A stretch of DNA of 64,000 nucleotides from Thiothrix sp. (GTDB lineage Bacteria; Pseudomonadota; Gammaproteobacteria; Poriferisulfidales; GCA-002705445). Below, in pieces: positions 28,701 to 38,267 of this stretch. The stretch's first letter is position 1. Each line of letters opens with the position of its first letter. A program made the position numbers and the translations under genes. Under the pieces are notes generated by a model. It worked only from the letters and a program-made list of their open reading frames with translations. It ran no database searches and was not told where the DNA came from. Location: NCBI GenBank assembly GCA_038141665.1, contig JAYQIN010000002.1, forward strand, positions 336,843 to 400,842. The letters are read 5' to 3'.

Positions 28701-31094
28701 TTAATGAGTCCTAATGTCTTTAGTTTCAGATTTCCCAGTAATTTTTGCTTGGGGCATTTCAAGGCCTGGAACTGGATTCTCTAATGCAATAGATAAAACT
28801 TCTTCTACCCATTCAACAGTTTTAATCTCAAGATTATTTTTAATATTATCTGGAATATCAGATAAATCTTTTTCATTTTCAAGTGGAATAATTACTGTTT
28901 TAATTCCTGCTCTTAAAGCAGCTAACATTTTTTCTTTCAAGCCACCGATTGGTAAAACTTGCCCATGCAAATTTACTTCTCCAGTCATAGCGACTGTTGA
29001 TTTTACTGGATTCTTTGTTAGGGCAGATACTAAAGAAGTTGTGATTCCGACACCAGCACTTGGCCCATCTTTTGGGGTAGCTCCTTCAGGAAAATGTACA
29101 TGTATATCTTTAGTTTCATAAAAATCTTTCTCAATTCCAATATTTAAAGCCCTTTTTCTGACAATTGTCATGGCAGCTCTTATTGACTCTTGCATTACAT
29201 CACCAAGTTGGCCAGTTAGAATATATTTACCTTTGCCAGGAATTACTGCAGTCTCAACGCTTAACATTTCTCCGCCAACTTCAGTCCATGCCAAACCATT
29301 TACAAGGCCAATAACATTTTCTTTTTCAATTTCGCCGTGTTTAAATCTTTTAACACCCAAATAATCATTTAAATTATTTTTATCAATTTTGACACTTTTT
29401 AGCTTTTTACTTAATAATAGTTTTTTTACAACTTTTCTGCATATTTTAGATATCTCTCTTTCAAGATTTCTCACACCTGCTTCTCGAGTATAAGACCTGA
29501 TTATTTCTAAAAATATATTCTTATTAAATTTTATATCTTTTTCTGTTAAACCATTATTTTCTAATTGCTTAGGCATTAAATATTTGTTTGCAATACTTTC
29601 TTTTTCATTTTCTGTATAACCAGGAATTCTTATAACTTCCATCCTATCAAGAAGTGGTCCAGGTATATTCATTGAGTTTGAAGTTGCTACAAACATAACA
29701 TCAGATAAATCAAAATCTACTTCTAAGTAATGATCTGAAAATGTATCATTTTGCTCAGAATCAAGAACTTCCAATAAAGCAGATGATGGATCTCCTCTAA
29801 AATCCATTGCCATTTTGTCTATTTCATCTAACAAAAATAAAGGATTTTTAACACCCACTTTAGATATATTTTGCATTATTTTTCCAGGTAAAGATCCAAT
29901 ATAAGTTCTTCTGTGCCCTCTTATTTCAGCTTCATCTCTGACTCCACCTAGTGACATTCTAGTGAATTTTCTGCCAGTAGCCTTTGCAATAGATTTCCCA
30001 AGGCTTGTTTTACCGACTCCAGGAGGTCCAACTAAACAAAGTATAGGCCCTTTTAATTTTCTAACTCTTTGTTGTACGGCTAAATATTCTAAGATTCTTT
30101 CTTTGACCTTTTCAAGACCATGGTGATCATCTTCTAGAATTTTTTCAGCTATTACTAAATCTTTTGTTACTTTAGATTTCTTTTTCCATGGAACATTAAC
30201 TAAAACATCAATATAGTTTCTTAAAACTGATGCTTCTGCAGACATTGGTGACATCATTTTTAATTTATTAACATCACCTTTTATCTTTTGCATCACATCT
30301 TTTGGCATTCCTGAATTTTTAATCTTTTGTTCAATTTCTTCAATCTCGTTTGGAACATCATCCATATCACCTAATTCTTTTTGAATAGCTTTCATCTGTT
30401 CATTCAGATAATATTCTCTTTGACTTTTCTCCATTTGATTCTTAACTCTACCTCTTATTTTTTTCTCGACCTGAAGAATGTCTAATTCACTTTCAATTAA
30501 ATTAATAATATTTTCTATTCTATCTTTCACATTACTTACTTCGAGAATAGCTTGTTTCTCTTCCATTTTTAAAACCATATGCGCTGCAATGGTGTCAGCT
30601 AATCTTGATGGATCATCAATTCCAGATAAAGAAGTCATTACTTCAGGAGCGATCTTTTTATTCATTTTTACATATTGATCAAACGAATCAATTACAGATC
30701 TAGAAAGTATTTCAATTTCTCTATCGTCTACGTAATTTTCATCAATAATGTTGACTTTAGCTTCAAAATATTCATCTCCATAAATTTCACCATGAATTTC
30801 TGCTCTGCTTGAACCTTCGACAAGAACTTTAATAGTTCCATCTGGAAGCTTTAATAATTGAAGAACGGTAGCAAGTGTCCCATATCTGTAAATATCTTTA
30901 TCTTGAGGATCATCTAAATCTGCAGTTTTTTGCGCTACCAACATAATCTGCTTGTTAGTATCCATAGCTACTTCTAATGATTTTATAGATTTATCTCTCC
31001 CAACAAAAAGGGGTATGACCATATTTGGGAATACGATTACGTCTCTTAAGGGTAGTACGGGAAAGATTTGTTCATCAGAATTGCTTTTTTTCAT
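28701..31094 (-). CDS. lon: ATP-dependent Lon protease
   Basis: N-terminal LON domain, AAA+ Walker A motif GPPGVGKTS and catalytic PKDGPSAG. The start is set at MKKSNSDEQIFPVLPL, which has an AAGGA RBS. The longer ORF reaching 31127 is less likely. Confidence 0.93.
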   Translation of the reverse strand: MKKSNSDEQIFPVLPLRDVIVFPNMVIPLFVGRDKSIKSLEVAMDTNKQIMLVAQKTADLDDPQDKDIYRYGTLATVLQLLKLPDGTIKVLVEGSSRAEIHGEIYGDEYFEAKVNIIDENYVDDREIEILSRSVIDSFDQYVKMNKKIAPEVMTSLSGIDDPSRLADTIAAHMVLKMEEKQAILEVSNVKDRIENIINLIESELDILQVEKKIRGRVKNQMEKSQREYYLNEQMKAIQKELGDMDDVPNEIEEIEQKIKNSGMPKDVMQKIKGDVNKLKMMSPMSAEASVLRNYIDVLVNVPWKKKSKVTKDLVIAEKILEDDHHGLEKVKERILEYLAVQQRVRKLKGPILCLVGPPGVGKTSLGKSIAKATGRKFTRMSLGGVRDEAEIRGHRRTYIGSLPGKIMQNISKVGVKNPLFLLDEIDKMAMDFRGDPSSALLEVLDSEQNDTFSDHYLEVDFDLSDVMFVATSNSMNIPGPLLDRMEVIRIPGYTENEKESIANKYLMPKQLENNGLTEKDIKFNKNIFLEIIRSYTREAGVRNLEREISKICRKVVKKLLLSKKLKSVKIDKNNLNDYLGVKRFKHGEIEKENVIGLVNGLAWTEVGGEMLSVETAVIPGKGKYILTGQLGDVMQESIRAAMTIVRKRALNIGIEKDFYETKDIHVHFPEGATPKDGPSAGVGITTSLVSALTKNPVKSTVAMTGEVNLHGQVLPIGGLKEKMLAALRAGIKTVIIPLENEKDLSDIPDNIKNNLEIKTVEWVEEVLSIALENPVPGLEMPQAKITGKSETKDIRTH

Positions 31095-31130
31095 AGTTTT
31101 ATCCTTAAAATATGTTACACATACCATTAT

Positions 31131-31158
31131 TATGTGGGTATATTTAGATATTTCAAGG
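31131..31158 (-). promoter_or_regulatory. Sigma-32-type heat-shock promoter upstream of lon
   Basis: The reverse complement reads CTTGAAA-12 nt-CCCACATAAT. It shares the -10 variant CCCACATA with the dnaK promoter. Confidence 0.5.
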
Positions 31159-31163
31159 TACTT

Positions 31164-32435
31164 TTAATCTTTAACTGCTTTTTTTTCTGTCAGATTTTGA
31201 TCGTATATAAGATAAGGTTGGGTTTCGCCATTTATTACTGCCTCGTCAACAACTACCTTTGACACGTCAGAAGTTGATGGGAGGTTATACATTGTATCTA
31301 ATAAGACATTTTCAAGAATTGTTCTAAGTCCTCTTGCGCCAGTTTTTCTCTCTTTTGCCTTTTTTGCGATAGCTAATAGAGCATTTTCTCTAAACTCAAT
31401 TTCAGCATTTTCCATTTTAAATAATTTGCTATATTGTTTTGTAATTGCATTTTTTGGCTCTAATAAGATTTTTATTAACGCATTTTCATCTAATTCATCT
31501 AATGTTGCGATCATTGGAAGCCTGCCAACAAATTCTGGTATTAAACCATATGATATTAAGTCCTCTGGCTCAACATCATGAAGAATCTTTAAAGAATCTG
31601 TATCATCTTTAGAATGAACTTCTGCAGAAAAACCAATACCACTTTTTTCAGTTCTATCTTTTATAACTTTATCCAGTCCAGCAAAAGCTCCGCCAACAAT
31701 AAATAATATATTTTTTGTATCTACTTGAACAAATTCTTGTTGAGGATGTTTTCTACCACCTTGTGGAGGCACAGATGCTGTTGTTCCTTCAATTAGTTTT
31801 AGAAGTGCTTGTTGAACACCTTCTCCAGATACATCTCTAGTTATTGATGGGTTATCTGCTTTTCTAGAAATTTTATCAATTTCATCAATATATACTATTC
31901 CATTTTGTGCTTTTTCAACATCATAATCACATTTTTGTAGTAACTTTTGAATTATATTTTCTACATCCTCACCAACATAACCAGCTTCCGTTAATGTTGT
32001 GGCGTCTGCAATTGTAAAAGGGACATTAAGGAGTTTAGCTAGAGTTTCAGCAAGTAAAGTTTTTCCACACCCTGTTGGGCCAATAAGCAATATATTGCTT
32101 TTAGAAAGTTCTACGCCATCGTCTTTAGAAAATTGTGATTCTAATCTTTTGTAATGGTTATAAACTGCAACAGACAAAACTTTTTTTGCTCTTGATTGAT
32201 CAATTACATATTCATCTAGCGATGCGTTAATTTCGTGAGGCTTTGGAAGTTTTTTATTTTCGCTTGGTTCTTGGTCAAGCAATTCTTCTCTAATAATATC
32301 ATTACATAGCTCGACGCACTCATCACAAATAAAAACTGATGGTCCAGCAATTAATTTTTTTACATCTTGTTGGCTCTTTCCGCAAAAAGAACAATATAAT
32401 AATTTATCGTCATCACTTTTTTTATCATCACTCAT
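31164..32435 (-). CDS. clpX: ATP-dependent Clp protease ATP-binding subunit ClpX
   Basis: 423 aa with a C4 zinc finger (CSFCGKS...CDEC) and the Walker A motif GPTGCGKT. Confidence 0.97.
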   Translation of the reverse strand: MSDDKKSDDDKLLYCSFCGKSQQDVKKLIAGPSVFICDECVELCNDIIREELLDQEPSENKKLPKPHEINASLDEYVIDQSRAKKVLSVAVYNHYKRLESQFSKDDGVELSKSNILLIGPTGCGKTLLAETLAKLLNVPFTIADATTLTEAGYVGEDVENIIQKLLQKCDYDVEKAQNGIVYIDEIDKISRKADNPSITRDVSGEGVQQALLKLIEGTTASVPPQGGRKHPQQEFVQVDTKNILFIVGGAFAGLDKVIKDRTEKSGIGFSAEVHSKDDTDSLKILHDVEPEDLISYGLIPEFVGRLPMIATLDELDENALIKILLEPKNAITKQYSKLFKMENAEIEFRENALLAIAKKAKERKTGARGLRTILENVLLDTMYNLPSTSDVSKVVVDEAVINGETQPYLIYDQNLTEKKAVKD

Positions 32436-32472
32436 AATAAGGACCTTCCTATAATCTATTTTATCAAATCAA

Positions 32473-33099
32473 CTATTTTTTTATATCCTTTCTAGATTCA
32501 AGAACACTATCAATAATGCCGTATTCCTTTGCTTCATCAGCATTCATAAAATTATCTCTATCGGTGTCTTTCGATATTTTATTAATATCATTTCCAGTGT
32601 GTTTAGACAAGATAGAATTTAAGTTTTCTCTGACTTTTTGTATTTCCTGCGCATGTATTTGAATATCAGTAGACTGGCCTTGAAATCCACCAAGTGGTTG
32701 ATGGATCATAACTCTTGAATTAGGAAGAGCAAACCTTTTGTTCTTTGAGCCACCAGCTAATAAAACAGCGCCCATACTTGCAGCTTGCCCGATACATAAG
32801 GTGCTAATATCAGGCTTACAAAATTGCATTGTGTCATATATAGCCATTCCGGAAGAAACTGAACCGCCAGGAGAGTTTATATATAGAGATATATCTTTCT
32901 TTGGGTCTTCAGATTCTAAAAATAATATCTGAGCAATAATTACATTTGCCATATAGTCTTCGACTGGACCAACTATGAAAATAATTCTTTCTCTCAATAA
33001 TCTTGAATATATATCGTAAGCTCTTTCACCTCTTGATGACTGCTCAACTACCATTGGGACAAGATTTAGATTATTAATGTTTTCAATATTTTTACTCAT
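32473..33099 (-). CDS. clpP: ATP-dependent Clp protease proteolytic subunit ClpP
   Basis: The Ser-His-Asp triad region is present ([16 protein letters not shown]). The start may be the upstream Met at 33117. Confidence 0.95.
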   Translation of the reverse strand: MSKNIENINNLNLVPMVVEQSSRGERAYDIYSRLLRERIIFIVGPVEDYMANVIIAQILFLESEDPKKDISLYINSPGGSVSSGMAIYDTMQFCKPDISTLCIGQAASMGAVLLAGGSKNKRFALPNSRVMIHQPLGGFQGQSTDIQIHAQEIQKVRENLNSILSKHTGNDINKISKDTDRDNFMNADEAKEYGIIDSVLESRKDIKK

Positions 33100-33132
33100 A
33101 ATTATGCATATTACCAAATTTATATTTTTAGT

Positions 33133-34422
33133 CTATCTAAGTTCCATTAAGTCATCAAATGTATAATCTTTTTCAGTAACAATTGCATTTTCAACAACCC
33201 ATTTAATTGCTAAATTTTCCAAAATTACAGACTCCATATTTTTTTTTGCCTCTTCATTATTCATATAATAATTTTCTATTTCTGTTCGATTTCCTTGTCC
33301 TCTAGAAATAGTATCAAGCCAACTATCTATATTTTCTTTGGACAGTGAGAACTTTTCAGTATTAATGATTTCTCTTAAAAGTAAGCCTGCTTTAACTCTT
33401 TCTGACGCTTCTTTTGAATAAAGTTTCTTTATATCGGCAGGATTAATCTTTACGTCTCCATTAGGATTATTTTCCTTTTCTATCCTTAAAATTTCATCAT
33501 TTACAAGACTAATTGGAACATCAAATTTTTGAGATTTACTTAAAGATGAGATAACATTTTTTTTCAAATAGGATTCTATTAATGTTTCAGAATCTTTTTT
33601 CATGCCTTCCTCAATTTTAGAGTATAAAGATTCAATTTTACCATCTTCCACTCCAAGTTTTTTTATAAATTCTTCGTTAATTTCAGAAACTTTTGGTTCT
33701 AAAACCTCTTTAACTTTAATGTCAAATACAGCTGGCTTAGATGCTAGTTTGCTATCTTGATAATCATCTGGGAATACTATATCAAGTTTTTTTACATCAC
33801 CAGCTTTTACGCCTTTAAGCCCATCTTCAAAACCAGGTATTAGTTGTTTGCTGCCAATCTCAATTAAAAAATCATCAGCTTTGTTATTTTCAAAATCTTT
33901 TCCATCAATTTTTCCTATAAAATCTGCTTTTACCCTATCTCCATTTTTTGATTTTCTGTTCACCAAAATCCATTCTTTATATTGGTCAGCAATTTTATTT
34001 GCTGCTTTTTTTAGATCCTCTTTTTTAACTTTTAAAACTGGTTTTTCTAATTTTATTTTATCAATATTTTTTAACTGAATTTCTGGTAATACCTCAATAA
34101 TAGCTTTAAAAGTGATGACATCTTTATTTTTTGCTTCTTCCATTGAAATTTTTGGTGGCCCAACAGGGTTAAGTTTCTCATCCAATATTACTTTGATATA
34201 ATTTTGTTCTATATGCTCACTCAATGATTCATTAAAACATTGTTCATAATACTTACTTTTAACAACATTCATCGGGACCTTTCCCTTCCTAAACCCTTTA
34301 AGATCGAGTGTTTTGCTGAGTTTTGCAAGTTTTGAATTTATTGTTGGCTCAATTTCCTTTGAGTCAAAACTTATGGTTAATTCCTTTTCTAAACCCTTTA
34401 GACTTTTTACTTTTGAAGCCAT
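33133..34422 (-). CDS. tig: Trigger factor
   Basis: 429 aa with the ribosome-binding N-domain (GFRKGKVP motif), an FKBP-like PPIase domain and a C-terminal arm. Confidence 0.93.
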   Translation of the reverse strand: MASKVKSLKGLEKELTISFDSKEIEPTINSKLAKLSKTLDLKGFRKGKVPMNVVKSKYYEQCFNESLSEHIEQNYIKVILDEKLNPVGPPKISMEEAKNKDVITFKAIIEVLPEIQLKNIDKIKLEKPVLKVKKEDLKKAANKIADQYKEWILVNRKSKNGDRVKADFIGKIDGKDFENNKADDFLIEIGSKQLIPGFEDGLKGVKAGDVKKLDIVFPDDYQDSKLASKPAVFDIKVKEVLEPKVSEINEEFIKKLGVEDGKIESLYSKIEEGMKKDSETLIESYLKKNVISSLSKSQKFDVPISLVNDEILRIEKENNPNGDVKINPADIKKLYSKEASERVKAGLLLREIINTEKFSLSKENIDSWLDTISRGQGNRTEIENYYMNNEEAKKNMESVILENLAIKWVVENAIVTEKDYTFDDLMELR

Positions 34423-34443
34423 TTAATCTCCTAATATTAAATT

Positions 34444-34528
34444 TGGTGGGCTAGGAGAGACTCGAACTCTCACGGGTTGCCCCACTGGTACCTAAAACCA
34501 GCGCGTATACCAATTCCGCCACTAGCCC
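34444..34528 (-). tRNA. tRNA-Leu (TAG), class II with a long variable arm
   Basis: The reverse complement GGGCTAGTGGCGGAATTGGTA... has the anticodon loop TTTAGGT, a long variable arm, a GAGTTCGAGTCTC T-arm and a CCA end. Confidence 0.8.
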
Positions 34529-34564
34529 AATAATGCAGTCGCACAATAATAAAATAAATAAATA

Positions 34565-35473
34565 ATGTACAATCTCACAATGTATTATAATACATGCATG
34601 AGTAGAATATTGTTCTTTACAATTTATATATTATTCTTTGCAGTGATATCATCACTGATTTTTTCCCTATTGTACATGCAATTTGATGAACAACCAATGC
34701 TAGCGCTAAATAAAGCCATTAAGTATGGTGCCATATTTCTTTGTATAATATTTATTGCTCCAACCCTAAAGTACCTTGGCATCTATAAAAAGGAGTTATT
34801 GGGATTCACTGAGAAAAAGATAATTTTTCTACTTAACACTTTAAAAGGATTTTCTTTAAGCATTATACTTTTACTGCCATTAATTTTCTTTTTTGATTTT
34901 TTTGAATTAAGAAATCTTAACAATCTTGATCTAATAACGGTTAACAGGACTTTTTTATATATCTTAATTTATACATTTTTAATAAGCTTCATAATTTCTT
35001 TTATTGAAGAATCATATTTTAGAGGAATCATGATTCAAAAGAAAAATAATTTGATTTCTATATGCCTTATAGTTGCTTTTAGTAGTCTAATTTATTCGTT
35101 ATTTCATTTTATAAAAATACCATTAATAATTGATGAAAAAATTTTTTGGAATACTGGTTTTTTGGAGTTATTACAAGTATTTTTTAATTTTTTTAAAACA
35201 ATAGAGTTTGATGCCGCTATAACACTTTTTGTTTTTGGAATTTTACTTGGAATTATTAGGCACAGACATCAAACTATATCTTATTGTATTGGCATACATG
35301 CCGGCTTTATTTTTTCTATAAAAACTTTTAAACAAAATTCTAGTGTGAATTTTAGCTCAGAATATAATTCGTGTTTAAGTTCATATGATCATTTTACTGG
35401 TAACATTGCTACATTATGGGTTTTGTTGGTTGTAATTTCATATTTAATATATATTTACAAAACCAAACAATAA
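34565..35473 (+). CDS. CPBP family (CAAX protease/Abi) intramembrane glutamic endopeptidase
   Basis: 302 aa, multi-TM, with all three CPBP motifs: EExxxR (FIEESYFRGIM), FxxxH (SLIYSLFHF) and HxxxN/D-like (GIHAGF). Confidence 0.75.
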   Translation: MYNLTMYYNTCMSRILFFTIYILFFAVISSLIFSLLYMQFDEQPMLALNKAIKYGAIFLCIIFIAPTLKYLGIYKKELLGFTEKKIIFLLNTLKGFSLSIILLLPLIFFFDFFELRNLNNLDLITVNRTFLYILIYTFLISFIISFIEESYFRGIMIQKKNNLISICLIVAFSSLIYSLFHFIKIPLIIDEKIFWNTGFLELLQVFFNFFKTIEFDAAITLFVFGILLGIIRHRHQTISYCIGIHAGFIFSIKTFKQNSSVNFSSEYNSCLSSYDHFTGNIATLWVLLVVISYLIYIYKTKQ

Positions 35474-35491
35474 CCCATAAAAATTAACAAT

Positions 35492-36880
35492 TTACATCAT
35501 AGTAGAAAACCCTACATTACATTTAAAATCTGGATCCATTTGGGGCCCATCTACGTCTTCATATATTGGAACACCGCATTGAATACCGATTCTTGATTTT
35601 GAATTTGGTAGTTTAAAATTTAAACCAATATTTGATGATACTCTTAAATGCGAATGAAAATATTCATTCCATGTTGGTGTATTATTATTTCTATTTGATG
35701 ATTTTCCATTAATATTATCTTGATGTTCAACGTCTAAACCAAATGACAAACTTACTGTCTGTGAAACTGGTTTTGCTACCCAAGCTGACAATTCTCTTCT
35801 ATCGCCATATCTCCAATCTTCACTGTTGTAGTCAAATCTTTTTGTTGCATTTAATTGAAAACCATATGACCAATCGTCATGTATTTCCTGAAAACTATAA
35901 CCTAATGTAAGATCATATGTTCCTGAGCCAAGCTGCATTGGATAAGGCAAAACTTTTCTCATTCCCATCATATTATGATCTTTTTCATCATATTCACCTG
36001 TGGGAATCGATAAGGAAGCTTTTAAATTAGATTTTCCTGATAGTTTATATAGTCCTGCAATACTCAAATCACCCATTCCCCTGCTACTTGTTTTATGTGT
36101 GTTTCCCACATTCATTCCTGACAATTTAACCATTTCCATTTCTTTTTCAATATAAGAAATCATAGCCATCAAAGAAATCTTATTATTAACTGCGTACATT
36201 GCACTAAACATATGCATATCCATAGTCATGTCAGTAGGAGCCATGCTAAACCCTAAATTTTTTATGAAATCATTACTAACTGAGCTTGTGCTATCTTTGC
36301 AACAGTCCATTTCCATGGTTCCATATTTATAACCAAACATGAGCTTTTTAGACATCATATTTTTTCCACCTTTTACCCCTGCTGGAAAAACGTAATCCGG
36401 GCGCGCCATATTTTTCATCATATGACCCATGTCACCCATATCCATTTTCATTTTCATTGCAGTCATTTTCTTTACTGTAAAGACTGAAGAAAATTCGTCT
36501 CCGCTTTTAGTAATAAACGTAACATCAATTTCTTGATTTTCTTTGAAATCTTCTTCAGGCATCATAAACATTAAATGATAACTCATTGGCCTAAACTCAA
36601 ATTTTGCATTTGCGCCAATTGTAACTGAATCTTGCTTTACCATTTTCATTACGTCACCATCTTTAACGGTATCGTGTATTTCCATAGAATTATATTTACT
36701 ACTAGAAACTCCTACTATAGTAATATCCTCATCAGAATTATTTGTAATAGTAAAATAACCAGCTGTCATATTTGCACCAGGTGGCATTAATCTAATTTTA
36801 GGGCTTTCTATTGTCACATCAACTGCGTTTGCTGCATTTGTTGTAAAAATAAAAGCGATTATTAAAAGTACTTTTTTCAT
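35492..36880 (-). CDS. Signal-peptide protein fusing a periplasmic PCu(A)C copper-chaperone domain, a Met-rich linker and a Met-rich outer-membrane beta-barrel domain
   Basis: Signal peptide MKKVLLIIAFIFTTNAANA. Residues about 20-135 match the PCu(A)C (DUF461) motif H(M)x10Mx21HxM exactly (IHDTVKDGDVMKM...21 aa...HLM). The linker is KMTAMKMKMDMGDMGHMMKNM. The C-terminal roughly 300 aa show alternating amphipathic beta-strands and aromatic girdles, with further Met clusters (MDMHM, MEMDCC, DHNMMGM). Confidence 0.7.
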   Translation of the reverse strand: MKKVLLIIAFIFTTNAANAVDVTIESPKIRLMPPGANMTAGYFTITNNSDEDITIVGVSSSKYNSMEIHDTVKDGDVMKMVKQDSVTIGANAKFEFRPMSYHLMFMMPEEDFKENQEIDVTFITKSGDEFSSVFTVKKMTAMKMKMDMGDMGHMMKNMARPDYVFPAGVKGGKNMMSKKLMFGYKYGTMEMDCCKDSTSSVSNDFIKNLGFSMAPTDMTMDMHMFSAMYAVNNKISLMAMISYIEKEMEMVKLSGMNVGNTHKTSSRGMGDLSIAGLYKLSGKSNLKASLSIPTGEYDEKDHNMMGMRKVLPYPMQLGSGTYDLTLGYSFQEIHDDWSYGFQLNATKRFDYNSEDWRYGDRRELSAWVAKPVSQTVSLSFGLDVEHQDNINGKSSNRNNNTPTWNEYFHSHLRVSSNIGLNFKLPNSKSRIGIQCGVPIYEDVDGPQMDPDFKCNVGFSTMM

Positions 36881-36902
36881 TTTTTTGTTCCTTTGTTTTA
36901 TA

Positions 36903-36923
36903 TATCACTAATTAGTAGTGATT
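36903..36923. promoter_or_regulatory. Near-perfect inverted repeat (ATCACTA-N5-TAGTGAT, extendable to about 9 bp arms), a candidate operator
   Basis: It lies about 25 bp upstream of the start codon of the PCu(A)C-barrel gene. Confidence 0.3.
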
Positions 36924-37015
36924 ATTTTATATTAAATTTGTGATTTATATAGCCAATTCTCACGAAAATAACTACCAAATTTTGATAGTAATAATTTTAT
37001 AAATTGAATAAGAAT

Positions 37016-37381
37016 TTAGATTTTGACTAGACTAGGTGGTGCTCTTATGAGGAAGTGATCATTAAGATTATTCTCATATATGTTATTTCTATTTATATCT
37101 GAAAAAGCATAAAAAACTTTTCTTTCTAATATGAAATTTTGCTTATTAAAAATGAAATTTGATTGAACATCCAGACAACAATGCATTATCTGAGAAACAT
37201 CTTGATTTTCATTATTAACACCTTGGTCGCTTACTAGAACTTTCTCTATGCCATAAGGCGTACACAAATTAATAAAACTATCTTCACTTCCTGAAATAGA
37301 TTGAGCAAAAACACCACTCAATTGTCCAAAAAGGATAGATGCTATTAAAAAGTTATTAATTTTTTTGACTTTAATACCCAT
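37016..37381 (-). CDS. Hypothetical small secreted protein with a signal peptide and 3 Cys
   Basis: 121 aa. Signal peptide ...GVFAQ, then a mature roughly 94-aa domain with CTPYG and HCC motifs. No recognised family. Confidence 0.4.
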   Translation of the reverse strand: MGIKVKKINNFLIASILFGQLSGVFAQSISGSEDSFINLCTPYGIEKVLVSDQGVNNENQDVSQIMHCCLDVQSNFIFNKQNFILERKVFYAFSDINRNNIYENNLNDHFLIRAPPSLVKI

Positions 37382-37413
37382 GAGAAAAAATTATATACAA
37401 ATTAGGTTTTTAA

Positions 37414-37809
37414 TCAATGAATTAAAATTAATAGTAGGATTGAAAATATAATAATTAGAAAATTAATGATTACTGACATCATATGAAGAATTTTAAATCT
37501 TCTTTGATTATTCACATCTCTTGATTTATTAATCAAAGGCATCAATAAATAATTACTAAATACAAATAAAAATAATATTAAAATTGAAATATATAGAATA
37601 TTTCCAGATTTTTCAGTATATAGCATTAAAATAGTTAAAATTAAATACTGCAAGCCATTGTATTTATAGTAAGTTGGAAATATAGATCTTACAAACTTTC
37701 CTGCTTCCTCATTTGAAAGGACAGTAAATATTTTGGGCGCTATTGCGATAGAAAAGAATAACATTGATCCTAATACTAAAGCAGGGATAATTTTGATTAG
37801 AAGTTCCAT
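37414..37809 (-). CDS. Hypothetical 4-TM inner-membrane protein, possibly DUF4149/TMEM205-like
   Basis: 131 aa with four predicted TM helices. Confidence 0.4.
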   Translation of the reverse strand: MELLIKIIPALVLGSMLFFSIAIAPKIFTVLSNEEAGKFVRSIFPTYYKYNGLQYLILTILMLYTEKSGNILYISILILFLFVFSNYLLMPLINKSRDVNNQRRFKILHMMSVIINFLIIIFSILLLILIH

Positions 37810-37894
37810 TTTTTATTCCAAATTTAATTATTTAAAATGAGCATAATTTAATTTTATTACTTATTTAACCTGTTCAAAATCATAATTATATTAA

Positions 37895-37971
37895 TGGGGC
37901 GAGAGACGGGGATCGAACCCGCGACAACCGGTACCACAAACCAGCGCTCTACCAACTGAGCTACTCCCGCC
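37895..37971 (-). tRNA. tRNA-His (GTG) with an encoded G-1
   Basis: The reverse complement G-GCGGGAGTAGCTCAGTTGGTAGAGC... has the anticodon loop TTGTGGT and a discriminator C followed by CCA. Confidence 0.75.
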
Positions 37972-37976
37972 ATGTA

Positions 37977-38054
37977 TGGCGCGCCTGGTAGGATTCGAAC
38001 CTACTACCCTCGGATTAGAAATCCGATGCTCTATCCAAATGAGCTACAGGCGCA
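37977..38054 (-). tRNA. tRNA-Arg (TCT)
   Basis: The reverse complement TGCGCCTGTAGCTCATTTGGATAGAGC... has the anticodon loop TTTCTAA, a GGTTCGAATCC T-arm and a CCA end. Confidence 0.75.
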
Positions 38055-38058
38055 TTAC

Positions 38059-38136
38059 TGGTCGGGGTAGAGGGATTTGAACCCCCGACATCCTGCTCCC
38101 AAAGCAGGCGCGCTACCAGACTGCGCTATACCCCGA
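38059..38136 (-). tRNA. tRNA-Pro (TGG)
   Basis: The reverse complement TCGGGGTATAGCGCAGTCTGGTAGCGC... has the anticodon loop TTTGGGA, a GGTTCAAATCC T-arm and a CCA end. Confidence 0.75.
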
Positions 38137-38267
38137 ATACCTTATATTATACGAGAAAAAAAAGAATAACTTCACTAATATATTTAATTAATCAGCATGA
38201 TATTATTCTAGATGAATGGTATTCTAATTAAAAAAAATAGACATACAAGGACAATAACAATTTAAAT

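Noticed and set aside
28714-29121. Numerous 60-140-aa plus-strand ORFs inside lon, dnaK, folC, ppiD and others (e.g. 28714-29121, 44541-44888, 26445-26867)
   Set aside because: All are antisense to long, well-supported genes and have no family similarity. They are shadow ORFs.
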